From Chitinophagaceae bacterium (lineage in GTDB: Bacteria > Bacteroidota > Bacteroidia > Chitinophagales > Chitinophagaceae), in the NCBI GenBank assembly GCA_947466405.1, contig CANICR010000001.1, positions 5,779-69,778 on the forward strand: 64,000 nucleotides of DNA, read 5' to 3'. Below the pieces are notes generated by a model. It worked only from the letters and a program-made list of their open reading frames with translations. It did no database searches and was not told the DNA's origin. The position numbers and the translations under genes are program-made. This document shows positions 51,862-61,440 of this stretch, piece after piece (the stretch's first letter is position 1; each line of letters opens with the position of its first letter).

Positions 51862-52659
51862 ATGATACATCCACACACCTATATTCATCCGAATGCCAAA
51901 TTGGCTCCCAATGTAAAAATTGATCCCTTCAGTGTTATTCATCAAAATGTGGAAATTGGAAGTGGTACTTGGATTGGAAGCAATGTAACTATAATGGAAG
52001 GCGCAAGAATTGGAAATAATTGCAGAATTTTTCCAGGAGCAGTTATTTCGGGCATTCCTCAAGATTTAAAATATGATGGGGAGAACACTACCGTTGTAGT
52101 GGGGAACAATACTACCATCAGAGAATTTGTTACCATTAACCGAGGAAGTAAAGACAAATGGACAACAGTTGTAGGAGATAATTGCTTAATAATGGCCTAT
52201 AGCCATATCGCTCATGATTGTGTTATTGGTAATAATTGCATCATGAGTAATAACACTCAAATGGCAGGGCATGTGACATTAGGAGACCACTCAATACTGG
52301 CAGGCATGTGTGCGGTTCATCAATTTGTTCAAATTGGACAACACGCATTTATTGCAGGAGGCTCATTAGTAAGTAAAGATGTTCCACCATATATAAAAGC
52401 AGGTCGCACACCATTAAGCTATGCTGGGGTTAACTCTGTAGGATTAAAAAGAAGAGGATTTTCTTTAGAGAGGATTAATCACATTCTTGACATTTACCGC
52501 TTTATTTACAACAAAAATTTAAATACTTCACAAGCCCTTAATTATATTGAAGAGGAATTGCTAGCCACTGATGAAAGAGATGAAATTGTTACTTTCATTC
52601 GCGAAAGTGGAAGAGGTATCATAAAAAGATTCACCAAAGGAAGTATGGATGATGAATAA
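51862..52659 (+). CDS. lpxA: UDP-GlcNAc acyltransferase
   Basis: Hexapeptide repeats, PQDLKY, IREFVTINRG, HIAHDC and VHQF motifs. Confidence 0.97.
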   Translation: MIHPHTYIHPNAKLAPNVKIDPFSVIHQNVEIGSGTWIGSNVTIMEGARIGNNCRIFPGAVISGIPQDLKYDGENTTVVVGNNTTIREFVTINRGSKDKWTTVVGDNCLIMAYSHIAHDCVIGNNCIMSNNTQMAGHVTLGDHSILAGMCAVHQFVQIGQHAFIAGGSLVSKDVPPYIKAGRTPLSYAGVNSVGLKRRGFSLERINHILDIYRFIYNKNLNTSQALNYIEEELLATDERDEIVTFIRESGRGIIKRFTKGSMDDE

Positions 52660-52697
52660 CAAATCAACCATTTAATATCTTTTATTGTTATTAAGCC

Positions 52698-53309
52698 ATG
52701 CAAATAAACTTAATCAATGTTGGTAAGCGATATAATCTTGACTGGATTTTCAGAAACATTGATTACACTTTCACACAGGGCGAATGTTACGCCATAACTG
52801 GATCTAATGGCTCAGGCAAATCAACACTTCTACAAATCATTGCTGGGTCTATTCTACATAGTGAAGGATTTGTTCATTATAATCTTAATAATCAAAATCT
52901 TTCAGAATCTGATTGCTTTAAAGAGATTTCCTTTATTGCACCTTATCTAGAATTAATTGAAGAAATGACGGCACTTGAATTCCTTCAATTTCATGCCACT
53001 TTCAAAACATTAACAAAATCAAACCCTGAAATACTTGAATCTGTTGGTTTGACTAATGCTGCCAATAAACAAATTAGAAATTTTAGCAGCGGTATGAAGC
53101 AAAGGCTAAAACTCGCTCAGGCATTCTTCACAAACACCCCTATACTACTCCTTGATGAGCCTTGCACCAATCTCGATAATGCTGGAATTGATTTATACCA
53201 TACGCTTATCAAAGATTATACTTCCAATAAACTGATTATAGTTTCAAGTAATGACAAGATTGAATACTCCTTTTGTACAAAAATAATCCCTATGGAAAAC
53301 TACAAATAA
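52698..53309 (+). CDS. Stand-alone ABC ATPase (CcmA-like)
   Basis: GSNGSGKST, FSSGMKQR and LLLDEP motifs; no permease nearby. Confidence 0.9.
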   Translation: MQINLINVGKRYNLDWIFRNIDYTFTQGECYAITGSNGSGKSTLLQIIAGSILHSEGFVHYNLNNQNLSESDCFKEISFIAPYLELIEEMTALEFLQFHATFKTLTKSNPEILESVGLTNAANKQIRNFSSGMKQRLKLAQAFFTNTPILLLDEPCTNLDNAGIDLYHTLIKDYTSNKLIIVSSNDKIEYSFCTKIIPMENYK

Positions 53310-53312
53310 CAC

Positions 53313-54527
53313 CTACCTTCTACTGGCAATCAATAAATTCAAATCTGTATATTTCAAATCAAACATTTCACTGAGATAAAAATTAGTGAGACTACCTTTA
53401 AATAAATAAACGCCACTTCTCACATTTGTTTTATTCCAAACAATATTATCAATTCCGCCATCCTCGCCAGTCTCCAACAATAACGGCATTAATACATTAC
53501 TAATTGCCTGGGAAGCTGTTCTAGCAAATCCACTCGGAATATTTGGAACGCAATAGTGTATAACATCATATTTAGAAAAAATGGGCTTTTCGTGTGACGT
53601 AACTGAGCTTGTTTCAAAGCAACCTCCATGATCTATACTAACGTCCACAATTACAGCACCTGCTCTCATATTGCTGACCATATCTTCTGAAACAACAACA
53701 GGAGTTCTACCCGCAGCTCCACTCAGTGCACCTATTGCCACATCACAAGTCTTTAATTGCTTACTCAATATTTTTGGTTCAATTACGGATGTCCACATTC
53801 TTACACCAATATTATTTTGAAGTCTTTTTAATCGATAAATACTATTATCAAAAACCTTTACGTTTGCTCCCAATGCCAAAGCGGTTCTGGCCGCATATTC
53901 ACCTACTATGCCCGCACCAATGATGATTACTTTTGTAGGTGGAATACCACTGATTCCTCCAACGAGAACCCCTTTTCCATTATTTGCGTTGCTTAAATAT
54001 TGTCCAGCTATAAGCATTACTGCACTTCCCGCTATTTCACTCATGCTCCGTACTATAGGATTATGACCACTGTCATCTTTTAAATTCTCAAAACTTATAG
54101 CAGTCACTTTCTTAGCCATCATTTTCTCCAAAATACTTTTCTTCATTATTGCCATATGTATTGGCGAAATGATATTAGTATTTGGTTTTAAAAATTCACA
54201 ATCTTCTTCACTCACGGGAGCACTCTTAACAATTACATTGCAATTGAAAATCTCTTTTTTATCATAAATAATTCTAGCACCAGCTTCGCTGTAATCATTG
54301 TCGCTATAATTAGAACCCATACCAGCCTTTGATTCTATGACAACTTCATGACCATTGGCAATTAATACACTTACCGCTTCAGGAGTCAGTGGAATCCTGT
54401 TTTCATTAAAGGATGTTTCTGTAGGAATACCAATAGATAAGGACTCTCCTTTTGGTTTTACATCTAATTTCTCTTCCAATGTTTCGTATGAAAAAGAAGA
54501 CGATATGAAAGGTTTTGTTGTAGCCAT
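53313..54527 (-). CDS. ald: Alanine dehydrogenase family protein
   Basis: ENRIPLTP, MSEIAG, GAGIVG, VDVSIDHGGCFETS and HYCVPNIP motifs. Confidence 0.85.
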   Translation of the reverse strand: MATTKPFISSSFSYETLEEKLDVKPKGESLSIGIPTETSFNENRIPLTPEAVSVLIANGHEVVIESKAGMGSNYSDNDYSEAGARIIYDKKEIFNCNVIVKSAPVSEEDCEFLKPNTNIISPIHMAIMKKSILEKMMAKKVTAISFENLKDDSGHNPIVRSMSEIAGSAVMLIAGQYLSNANNGKGVLVGGISGIPPTKVIIIGAGIVGEYAARTALALGANVKVFDNSIYRLKRLQNNIGVRMWTSVIEPKILSKQLKTCDVAIGALSGAAGRTPVVVSEDMVSNMRAGAVIVDVSIDHGGCFETSSVTSHEKPIFSKYDVIHYCVPNIPSGFARTASQAISNVLMPLLLETGEDGGIDNIVWNKTNVRSGVYLFKGSLTNFYLSEMFDLKYTDLNLLIASRR

Positions 54528-54562
54528 AATTATTTTTTGATGAGCGAATCTATCATTACAAT

Positions 54563-54973
54563 TTACAAATTTAATACAAGCTTTCTAGTATCCATATTGA
54601 TTAAAGATAAATAACATTGTGCGGTACCTTCCGGCAATAAGCCTTGTGCCCTTTCAGGCCATTCTACAAAGCAGTAGTTGCCAGAGTATAAACAATCTTC
54701 CACCCCAGCTAAAACCGCTTCCTGCTCATTTTTTAAACGATATAAATCAATATGATAAATTGTTGTAGATGGCAGTTTGTACTCATTAATTATAGAAAAT
54801 GTAGGACTATTAATATCTCCTTCAGCACCTAAATGATGACAAATAGCAGTAATCAATGTGGTTTTGCCTGCCCCCATTTCACCATGAAAAGCAACACATT
54901 TCTGTGCTTTGAGATTTTCTAACAGCCAATTGGCGGCATTTGATATATCCGCAATATTAAAAATCAACTCCAT
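54563..54973 (-). CDS. tsaE: tRNA t6A biosynthesis ATPase
   Basis: GEMGAGKTT, SPTFSIINEY, HIDLYRL and VEWPE motifs. Confidence 0.97.
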   Translation of the reverse strand: MELIFNIADISNAANWLLENLKAQKCVAFHGEMGAGKTTLITAICHHLGAEGDINSPTFSIINEYKLPSTTIYHIDLYRLKNEQEAVLAGVEDCLYSGNYCFVEWPERAQGLLPEGTAQCYLSLINMDTRKLVLNL

Positions 54974-55035
54974 ACCCTAAAGATAATTTCATATTTGGTA
55001 ACTGCGATACTATAATATTAAGATATTTTTGTAGT

Positions 55036-57150
55036 ATGGATAAAATACTTTGGAAAGTAGAGGGCATGACCTGTAGCAATTGCGCACTATCTATTCAAAA
55101 ATTTCTAGAAAAAGAAGGGATGAAAGAGGTGTTCGTAAATCCAATTGGAGGCGAAGTGCTTTTTATTAATGATTTAGATATAGAATTGAATAAAATTAAA
55201 AAAGGAATCGAAAGCCTTGGATATTCTATTGTAAACGAAACAAGCCCAACGAAAAGTAAAAAAAAATTATTTTCAACTAATAAACAACGTTTTTGGACCA
55301 CGCTGCCTTTTACATTGGTTTTATATATGCATATGCTACACCAATGGATTCCTATACATTGGATTCTCAACCCTTGGATTCAACTGATCATTTGTACTCC
55401 GGTTTTTTTATTAGGCATGTGGTTTTTTGGTAAAAGTGCCCTAATGAGTTTAAAAAATGGAGTGCCTAATATGAATGTCCTTGTGGCATTAGGGTCATTG
55501 CTGTCATTCGTATATAGTCTTATTGGAATGTTTTATTTCAACAACAGTAATTATCTTTTTTTTGAAACAACAGCATCTATTATCACGCTCGTTTTTTTAG
55601 GTAATTATTTAGAAGAGACTACTATCCAATCAACTCAAAAGGCATTACAAAAAATCACGAAATCACAAAAGGTCATAGCCAATATGATTGCTTTTGATGA
55701 TAAATACAAAGAGCAAATATTTCCAATTGAAAATATATTTCTAAAAACCGGCGACTTAATACTAATTAAAACAGGAGAACAGGTACCTATTGATTGCAAA
55801 ATTTTGTGGGGCGATTGCTCGGTAAATGAATCAATTATTACAGGGGAAAGTTTGCCATTATATAAATCAAAAAAAGATTTTCTTATTGGTGGAAGTATGG
55901 TAGAAACAGGAATTATAAAAGCACAGGTTACAGCAGCCACAAAAGATACTGTTCTTTCAGGAATATTGAAAATGGTTCAAAATGCACAATCAGAAAAACC
56001 GCCGATACAAAAATTAGCAGATAAAATAAGTGCAGTATTTGTTCCAGTAGTGATAGCCATCTCCGTTCTTGCCTTTGTGTTAAACTACTTTATTTTATCT
56101 ACTCCATTTGATTACTCCTTAATGAGGTCTATTGCCGTACTAGTCATTTCTTGTCCATGTGCTATGGGATTAGCCACACCTGCAGCTATTTCTGTTGGAT
56201 TAGGCAGGGCTGCCAAAAAAGGAATATTATTTCGCAATGCGTCGAGCTTAGAAAATTTTAAGCATATCAAGCAGGTTGTTTTTGATAAAACCGGCACACT
56301 AACAACTGGACATTTTGATATAGAAAATTTTTCCTCCACCATCGATGAGAATACATTTAAATCAATTGTTTATTCTATCGAAAAATACTCCACCCATCCA
56401 ATTGCAAAATCAATTGTAAAAAAATGGGGCACGGCTGAATGTATTGTTTGGAAAAAAATTGAAGAATTGAAAGGATTAGGCATGAGCGCTGAAGATAAAG
56501 AAGGCAATCTATTCTTATTGGGATCCACTCAAATTTTAAAAGCCGACACTAATAATAAATCGCACAGTATTTATCTGCTAAAAAATAATGAGCCGATAGG
56601 ATGGATTGATATCAAAGATGAAATAAGGACTGAAGCGAAAAGTGTTATCAATTGGTTTCATAGCCATCAGATTTCAACAATTATGCTTACAGGCGACACC
56701 TTAGAAAAAGCTACCATCGTAGCCAAAGAATTAGGCATAAATAACATCATTGCCGCGCAATCCCCTGCATCTAAATTAAAAACTATAGAAGAATTAAACT
56801 CGACAACCCCAACAGCCATGATTGGTGACGGAATTAATGACGCACCAGCTTTGGCAAAAGCCACGATCGGCATTTCTTTGAGTGATGCTTCTCAATTAGC
56901 TATACAACACGCAGATGTTGTTTTAATGAATCAGGGATTAAAAAATCTTCCAGAAGCTTTATCACTTGGAAGGCACACTTTTTTAACAATAAAACAAAAT
57001 TTATTCTGGGCATTTTCTTATAATATTATTGCCATACCTATCGCAGCAGCAGGATTACTTACACCAACTTTTTCAGCATTGGCAATGGGATTCAGCGATA
57101 TTGTACTAGCTTTTATTTCTTTACGATTATTTGTCAAAAAGGTTATTTAA
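55036..57150 (+). CDS. copA: P1B-1 type Cu(I)-exporting ATPase
   Basis: GMTCSNC metal-binding domain, TGES, CPC, DKTGT, HP, GDGINDAPA, YN and MxxS. Confidence 0.88.
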   Translation: MDKILWKVEGMTCSNCALSIQKFLEKEGMKEVFVNPIGGEVLFINDLDIELNKIKKGIESLGYSIVNETSPTKSKKKLFSTNKQRFWTTLPFTLVLYMHMLHQWIPIHWILNPWIQLIICTPVFLLGMWFFGKSALMSLKNGVPNMNVLVALGSLLSFVYSLIGMFYFNNSNYLFFETTASIITLVFLGNYLEETTIQSTQKALQKITKSQKVIANMIAFDDKYKEQIFPIENIFLKTGDLILIKTGEQVPIDCKILWGDCSVNESIITGESLPLYKSKKDFLIGGSMVETGIIKAQVTAATKDTVLSGILKMVQNAQSEKPPIQKLADKISAVFVPVVIAISVLAFVLNYFILSTPFDYSLMRSIAVLVISCPCAMGLATPAAISVGLGRAAKKGILFRNASSLENFKHIKQVVFDKTGTLTTGHFDIENFSSTIDENTFKSIVYSIEKYSTHPIAKSIVKKWGTAECIVWKKIEELKGLGMSAEDKEGNLFLLGSTQILKADTNNKSHSIYLLKNNEPIGWIDIKDEIRTEAKSVINWFHSHQISTIMLTGDTLEKATIVAKELGINNIIAAQSPASKLKTIEELNSTTPTAMIGDGINDAPALAKATIGISLSDASQLAIQHADVVLMNQGLKNLPEALSLGRHTFLTIKQNLFWAFSYNIIAIPIAAAGLLTPTFSALAMGFSDIVLAFISLRLFVKKVI

Positions 57151-57171
57151 TTTCATCTATTAATTTTATTC

Positions 57172-59079
57172 TTGAAAGAAAGCTTACGTATATTAGAAAA
57201 ATATTGGGGGTTTAAAGAATTTAGACCATTACAAGAGTCTATTATTCAGGCTGTAATGGATAATAAAGATGTATTAGCCTTATTGCCAACCGGCGGGGGA
57301 AAATCGATTTGTTTTCAAGTTCCGGCAATGATGTTGGAAGGTATTTGTATTGTCATTAGTCCACTGATAGCTTTAATGAAAGATCAAGTTGAAAATTTGA
57401 CAAAAAAAGGAATTCCAGCTTTGGCTATTTATAGCGGAATGTCTTTTTCTGAAGTTAAAAGAACACTGCAAAATGCTGCTTATGGAAATTATAAATTTTT
57501 ATACCTTTCTCCTGAGAGATTAGAAACAGATTTATTTCAAGAATATTTACACGCGATAAAACCCTGCCTGATTGCTGTAGATGAAGCGCATTGCATTTCT
57601 CAATGGGGGTATGACTTTAGGCCATCCTATATAAAAATATCTTTATTAAGAGAAGCTTTGCCAGATACACCTATAATTGCGCTTACGGCGTCCGCAACAC
57701 TCGAAGTTCAAAATGATATTTGTGATAAATTACTATTTTCTACAAATCAGAAAAAATTTCAACCTTCATTTTCAAGACCAAATTTATCTTATAGTGTATT
57801 TGAGCCTGAATCAAAACAAAATAAAATATTAGAAATCTTAAAAAATGTAAAAGGAAGCTCTATCGTTTATTGTAAAAGCAGGAAACTAACGCAGCAGATT
57901 GCAGATTTACTGAAACTACATAAAATCAATGCTGATTATTACCATGCTGGCTTAACAAATAATGAACGTAGTATAAAACAAAATGATTGGATTAATGATA
58001 AAATAAATACCATTGTTTGTACAAATGCATTTGGCATGGGCATAGACAAACCAAATGTGCGTTTGGTTATTCATTACAACATGCCCGAAAATTTAGAAAG
58101 CTATTATCAAGAAGCAGGTCGTGCTGGTAGAGATGGGAAAAAAGCGTATGCCGTTTTACTTTTCGACAAAAAAGAAAATGAAAATTTATATGAATTAATC
58201 AATTTGAGATATCCGACTCCGGAAAAATTAAAATCAATTTATTTGAGCTTAATGAACCATCTACAAGTTGATGCCGGAATTGGCGAAGGTCAATCATTCG
58301 ATTTTGATATTTCCTTATTTTCATTCTATTTCAAATTGAATATCATCGAATCTACATATGGATTGAATGCCCTAATTCAAGAAGGATTGTTTTTTTTAAC
58401 AGAAAAAAACACAAAACCATCATCTTTAGTTTTTTGTACAACAAAAGAAACTTTGAGTGATTTTGAAAAAAACAATCCAAAATTTGAGCCCATTATTCAG
58501 ATGATGCTTCGGAATTATGAAGGCATTTTTGATTACTCCTCGGCTATTTATGAATCTTTACTTTCTAAATCATTATCAACCCCGATTGAAAAAATAAAAG
58601 AGCAATTAATCTATTTACATAAATACAATATAGTTCAATATACACCACAATCAGACAAATCACAGATAACGCTTCTGAGAAATAGAATGTACTCAGATGA
58701 TTTTAAATTCGATTACATATCCTTGCAAAAAAGAAAAGAAAAACATACAGAAAGAATTAATACAATGATTGAGTTTACTGCTAACAAAATTAAATGCAGA
58801 AGTCAAATAATTGGAAACTATTTTAACGATATTACTATTTCCCCTTGTGGAATATGTGACACTTGCTTAAATAATAAAATTGAAAATGAAAATAAAGTAG
58901 GCTTTAAAATAATTTCAAATAAAATCATAACCGACCTTCGTAAAAAAAATATTGATTCTAAAGAGGTTGACTCGTTATTTGCTGAATTCAATAAAAAAGA
59001 ACTTTGGGAAACATTAAATTTTTTACAATCGGAGAAAATAATCGACATTGATACTGACGGATATTTTTTTCTTAATTAA
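57172..59079 (+). CDS. recQ: RecQ family helicase (no HRDC domain evident)
   Basis: PTGGGKS, DEAHCISQWGYDFRP, AFGMGIDK, QEAGRAGRDG and RQC Cys cluster. Confidence 0.95.
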   Translation: MKESLRILEKYWGFKEFRPLQESIIQAVMDNKDVLALLPTGGGKSICFQVPAMMLEGICIVISPLIALMKDQVENLTKKGIPALAIYSGMSFSEVKRTLQNAAYGNYKFLYLSPERLETDLFQEYLHAIKPCLIAVDEAHCISQWGYDFRPSYIKISLLREALPDTPIIALTASATLEVQNDICDKLLFSTNQKKFQPSFSRPNLSYSVFEPESKQNKILEILKNVKGSSIVYCKSRKLTQQIADLLKLHKINADYYHAGLTNNERSIKQNDWINDKINTIVCTNAFGMGIDKPNVRLVIHYNMPENLESYYQEAGRAGRDGKKAYAVLLFDKKENENLYELINLRYPTPEKLKSIYLSLMNHLQVDAGIGEGQSFDFDISLFSFYFKLNIIESTYGLNALIQEGLFFLTEKNTKPSSLVFCTTKETLSDFEKNNPKFEPIIQMMLRNYEGIFDYSSAIYESLLSKSLSTPIEKIKEQLIYLHKYNIVQYTPQSDKSQITLLRNRMYSDDFKFDYISLQKRKEKHTERINTMIEFTANKIKCRSQIIGNYFNDITISPCGICDTCLNNKIENENKVGFKIISNKIITDLRKKNIDSKEVDSLFAEFNKKELWETLNFLQSEKIIDIDTDGYFFLN

Positions 59080-59086
59080 TTTACAT

Positions 59087-59149
59087 AAAAAAGGGACCAA
59101 GATAAAAATCTAGTCCCGCTTTAAAATCCAATATCCTATGAAAAACCGA
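59087..59149 (-). ncRNA. Candidate small RNA (~60 nt)
   Basis: -7-like TATTTTTA (59152-59159), then CAUCGGUUUUUCAUAGGAUAUUGGAUUUUAAAGC, then a terminator; the 5' end is estimated. Confidence 0.45.
59093..59117. terminator. Bidirectional terminator hairpin after recQ
   Basis: GGGACCAAGAT-AAAA-ATCTAGTCCC with T runs on both strands. Confidence 0.75.
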
Positions 59150-59189
59150 TGTAAAAATAAGTAGTTGTTAGTTATAAAACAACTTTTAT

Positions 59190-59393
59190 TTAATTATTCT
59201 GATTCTCTATAGCCTTATACTTTTGAGCGTTATATAAATAACTAGCCCCTTGATACCAGGCTACCGCTTTATTAACGATTTCATTGTTTATTATCAACTC
59301 AGCCGATTCCCCCTTAATAAAATTTATTTTATACATCCTGACTTTATTTTTGAGAGATAAGATTACCGAAGTATCATGTTTCACATATTCCAT
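59190..59393 (-). CDS. Small hypothetical protein or gene remnant (67 aa)
   Basis: ORF only; no recognisable motif. Confidence 0.3.
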   Translation of the reverse strand: MEYVKHDTSVILSLKNKVRMYKINFIKGESAELIINNEIVNKAVAWYQGASYLYNAQKYKAIENQNN

Positions 59394-59553
59394 ATCTTGA
59401 TTTGTACTAATAAATAGGAGTTTAAAGGAAAATCATCAATAAAAAAAAGCCTCAGCCTCTTTTTAAATCTCATTATATTCTTTTGGAAGAAATAATTACC
59501 CTTCATATTATATATTTATTATTTAATAATTCAGCAAACTTTGTTTGAATAAA

Positions 59554-59571
59554 GTAGCTTTGTAAAGCTAC
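59554..59571 (+). promoter_or_regulatory. -7 promoter element overlapped by a perfect palindrome
   Basis: TAGCTTTG (59555-59562) lies inside GTAGCTTT-GT-AAAGCTAC. Confidence 0.65.
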
Positions 59572-59612
59572 TGACCGAAAGCGAGAATGATGACTCAAAA
59601 AAGCTAAATAAA

Positions 59613-60566
59613 TTGAAAGTTAAATTAATATACCTTTTTTTTCTAGGCCTAATTTGTGTCCTTGTGTTTTCTTTTAATGAAATCAAGGTTGCTAATTACT
59701 CAATGACCTCTTTAGGCAAAGCGCTTTTTAATGATAAGATATTGTCAAAAGATAACACCATAAGTTGTGCTAGTTGCCATATACCCGAATTCGCTTTTTC
59801 GGATACAACTTCATTAAGCATTGGAATAAATAACAAGCCAACGCTTCGCAATACTCCATCAGTTTTAAATATGAAAAATAGGCCTTATTATTTTTGGGAT
59901 GGTAGAGCCAGTTCTTTAGATGAACAAGCTTTAATGCCTATTCAAAATCCTAATGAAATGGGTCTTCCAATTGAAGAAGCGATTCAAAGACTAAACGAAT
60001 CTGCTTTTTATAATAGTTATTTCAATAAAGTATTTAAGGAAAGTCCAAATAAAATAAATATTGCCAAAGCATTTGCAGCATATGAAAAAACGCTAGAAAC
60101 AGTAGATAGTAGATTTGATGACTGGAGTAATAATCTCATTAATTTAACTACATCGGAAGAACGAGGTAGAAAAATTTTCTTAAGTGAAAAAGCAAAATGC
60201 TTTGATTGTCATTTTCAAGAAGACTTTACAAACGACGACTTTAAAAACATTGGTTTATTTGATGGCGATCAATATAATGATAGCGGGAGATATTTAGTTA
60301 CAAAAATTAAATCAGATATAGGGAAGTTCAAAACTCCTGGATTAAGAAATATAGCTATAACGGCTCCTTATATGCATGATGGATCATTTTCAACCTTGGA
60401 AGAAGTAGTTGACTATTACAACAATACGAAAAAGAAAATAACCAATTCAATAAATATCGATCCCGCACTTTCTAAACCACTCGGCTTGTCGGAATTAGAA
60501 AAAAAAGATTTAGTTGCCTTTTTAAAAACACTAAGCGATAAGCACTATTTATCAAAAAAGAAATAA
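59613..60566 (+). CDS. Di-haem cytochrome c peroxidase, MauG/MbnH-like
   Basis: Signal peptide, CASCH, RNTPS, FWDGRA, CFDCH and FKTPGLRNI..TAPYMHDG motifs. Confidence 0.9.
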   Translation: MKVKLIYLFFLGLICVLVFSFNEIKVANYSMTSLGKALFNDKILSKDNTISCASCHIPEFAFSDTTSLSIGINNKPTLRNTPSVLNMKNRPYYFWDGRASSLDEQALMPIQNPNEMGLPIEEAIQRLNESAFYNSYFNKVFKESPNKINIAKAFAAYEKTLETVDSRFDDWSNNLINLTTSEERGRKIFLSEKAKCFDCHFQEDFTNDDFKNIGLFDGDQYNDSGRYLVTKIKSDIGKFKTPGLRNIAITAPYMHDGSFSTLEEVVDYYNNTKKKITNSINIDPALSKPLGLSELEKKDLVAFLKTLSDKHYLSKKK

Positions 60567-60732
60567 ATGATTACGGTCAGGTTAATTAGTGAATAATCTA
60601 GCATTAACCAATTACCGTTACGATTACATTTGTATTTATAGATTTAATTTTTCACCTTTAACAAAATATTAAAAGCAATTATGTGACTTTACACTTTCAT
60701 TTACATAATTTGTATTAACTAAAACAATTTTT

Positions 60733-61431
60733 ATGGAAACGACTAAACCAAAAATTTTACTTTGTGAAGACGATAGCAATCTTGGCATGGTATTGAAAAA
60801 CTATTTAGAATTAAATGATTATGATGTAGTATTAGAGAGAGATGGCCGATTAGGTTTAGCAGCATTTCAAAGAGAGAAGTTTGATATCTGTTTACTTGAC
60901 GTGATGATGCCTAATATGGATGGATTCACTGTAGCTGAAGCTATTAGAGATATAAATCCTGACGTTCCTTTGTTTTTTCTTAGTGCAAAAACCATGAAAG
61001 ATGATATTATTCAGGGTTATAAATTAGGTGCCGATGACTATATCACTAAACCCTTTGACAGCGAGGTGCTCTTGCTTAAAATAAAGGCTATTCTAAAAAG
61101 AAATGAAGAAATGCATCGCGAAGAAGTTAATGCAGAATTTCAACTTGGAAAATACCATTTCAACCCTAAGCTTCGCGAATTAACCATCGACGGCAAATCT
61201 CATGTGCTTTCTCCAAAAGAAAATGAACTTTTAAAAATGTTATCTGAATATAAAAATGATTTACTCACTAGGGAAGTTGCCCTGAAAAAAATATGGGGAA
61301 GTGATACGTACTTTAATGGAAGAAGTATGGATGTTTATATTGCCAAACTTCGTAAATATCTAAAGGATGATGAGAAATTAGAGATTGTAAATATCCATGG
61401 TAATGGATTTCGGTTGGTAGTTACAGAATAA
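60733..61431 (+). CDS. rprY: OmpR-family response regulator RprY
   Basis: ILLCEDDSNLG, DVMMP, GADDYITKPF, YFNGRSMDVYIAKLRK and NIHG closely follow Bacteroides RprY as I recall it. Confidence 0.85.
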   Translation: METTKPKILLCEDDSNLGMVLKNYLELNDYDVVLERDGRLGLAAFQREKFDICLLDVMMPNMDGFTVAEAIRDINPDVPLFFLSAKTMKDDIIQGYKLGADDYITKPFDSEVLLLKIKAILKRNEEMHREEVNAEFQLGKYHFNPKLRELTIDGKSHVLSPKENELLKMLSEYKNDLLTREVALKKIWGSDTYFNGRSMDVYIAKLRKYLKDDEKLEIVNIHGNGFRLVVTE

Positions 61432-61440
61432 TTTCCTTAA

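Noticed and set aside
59441-59448. T8 tract as a phase-variation switch
   Set aside because: Both +1 and -1 slips reach stop codons within a few codons
59567-59607. Fluoride riboswitch or hammerhead ribozyme (UGAUGACUC, CUGA and GAAA pieces)
   Set aside because: The elements are in the wrong order and the required stems are missing; kept only as an unclassified leader
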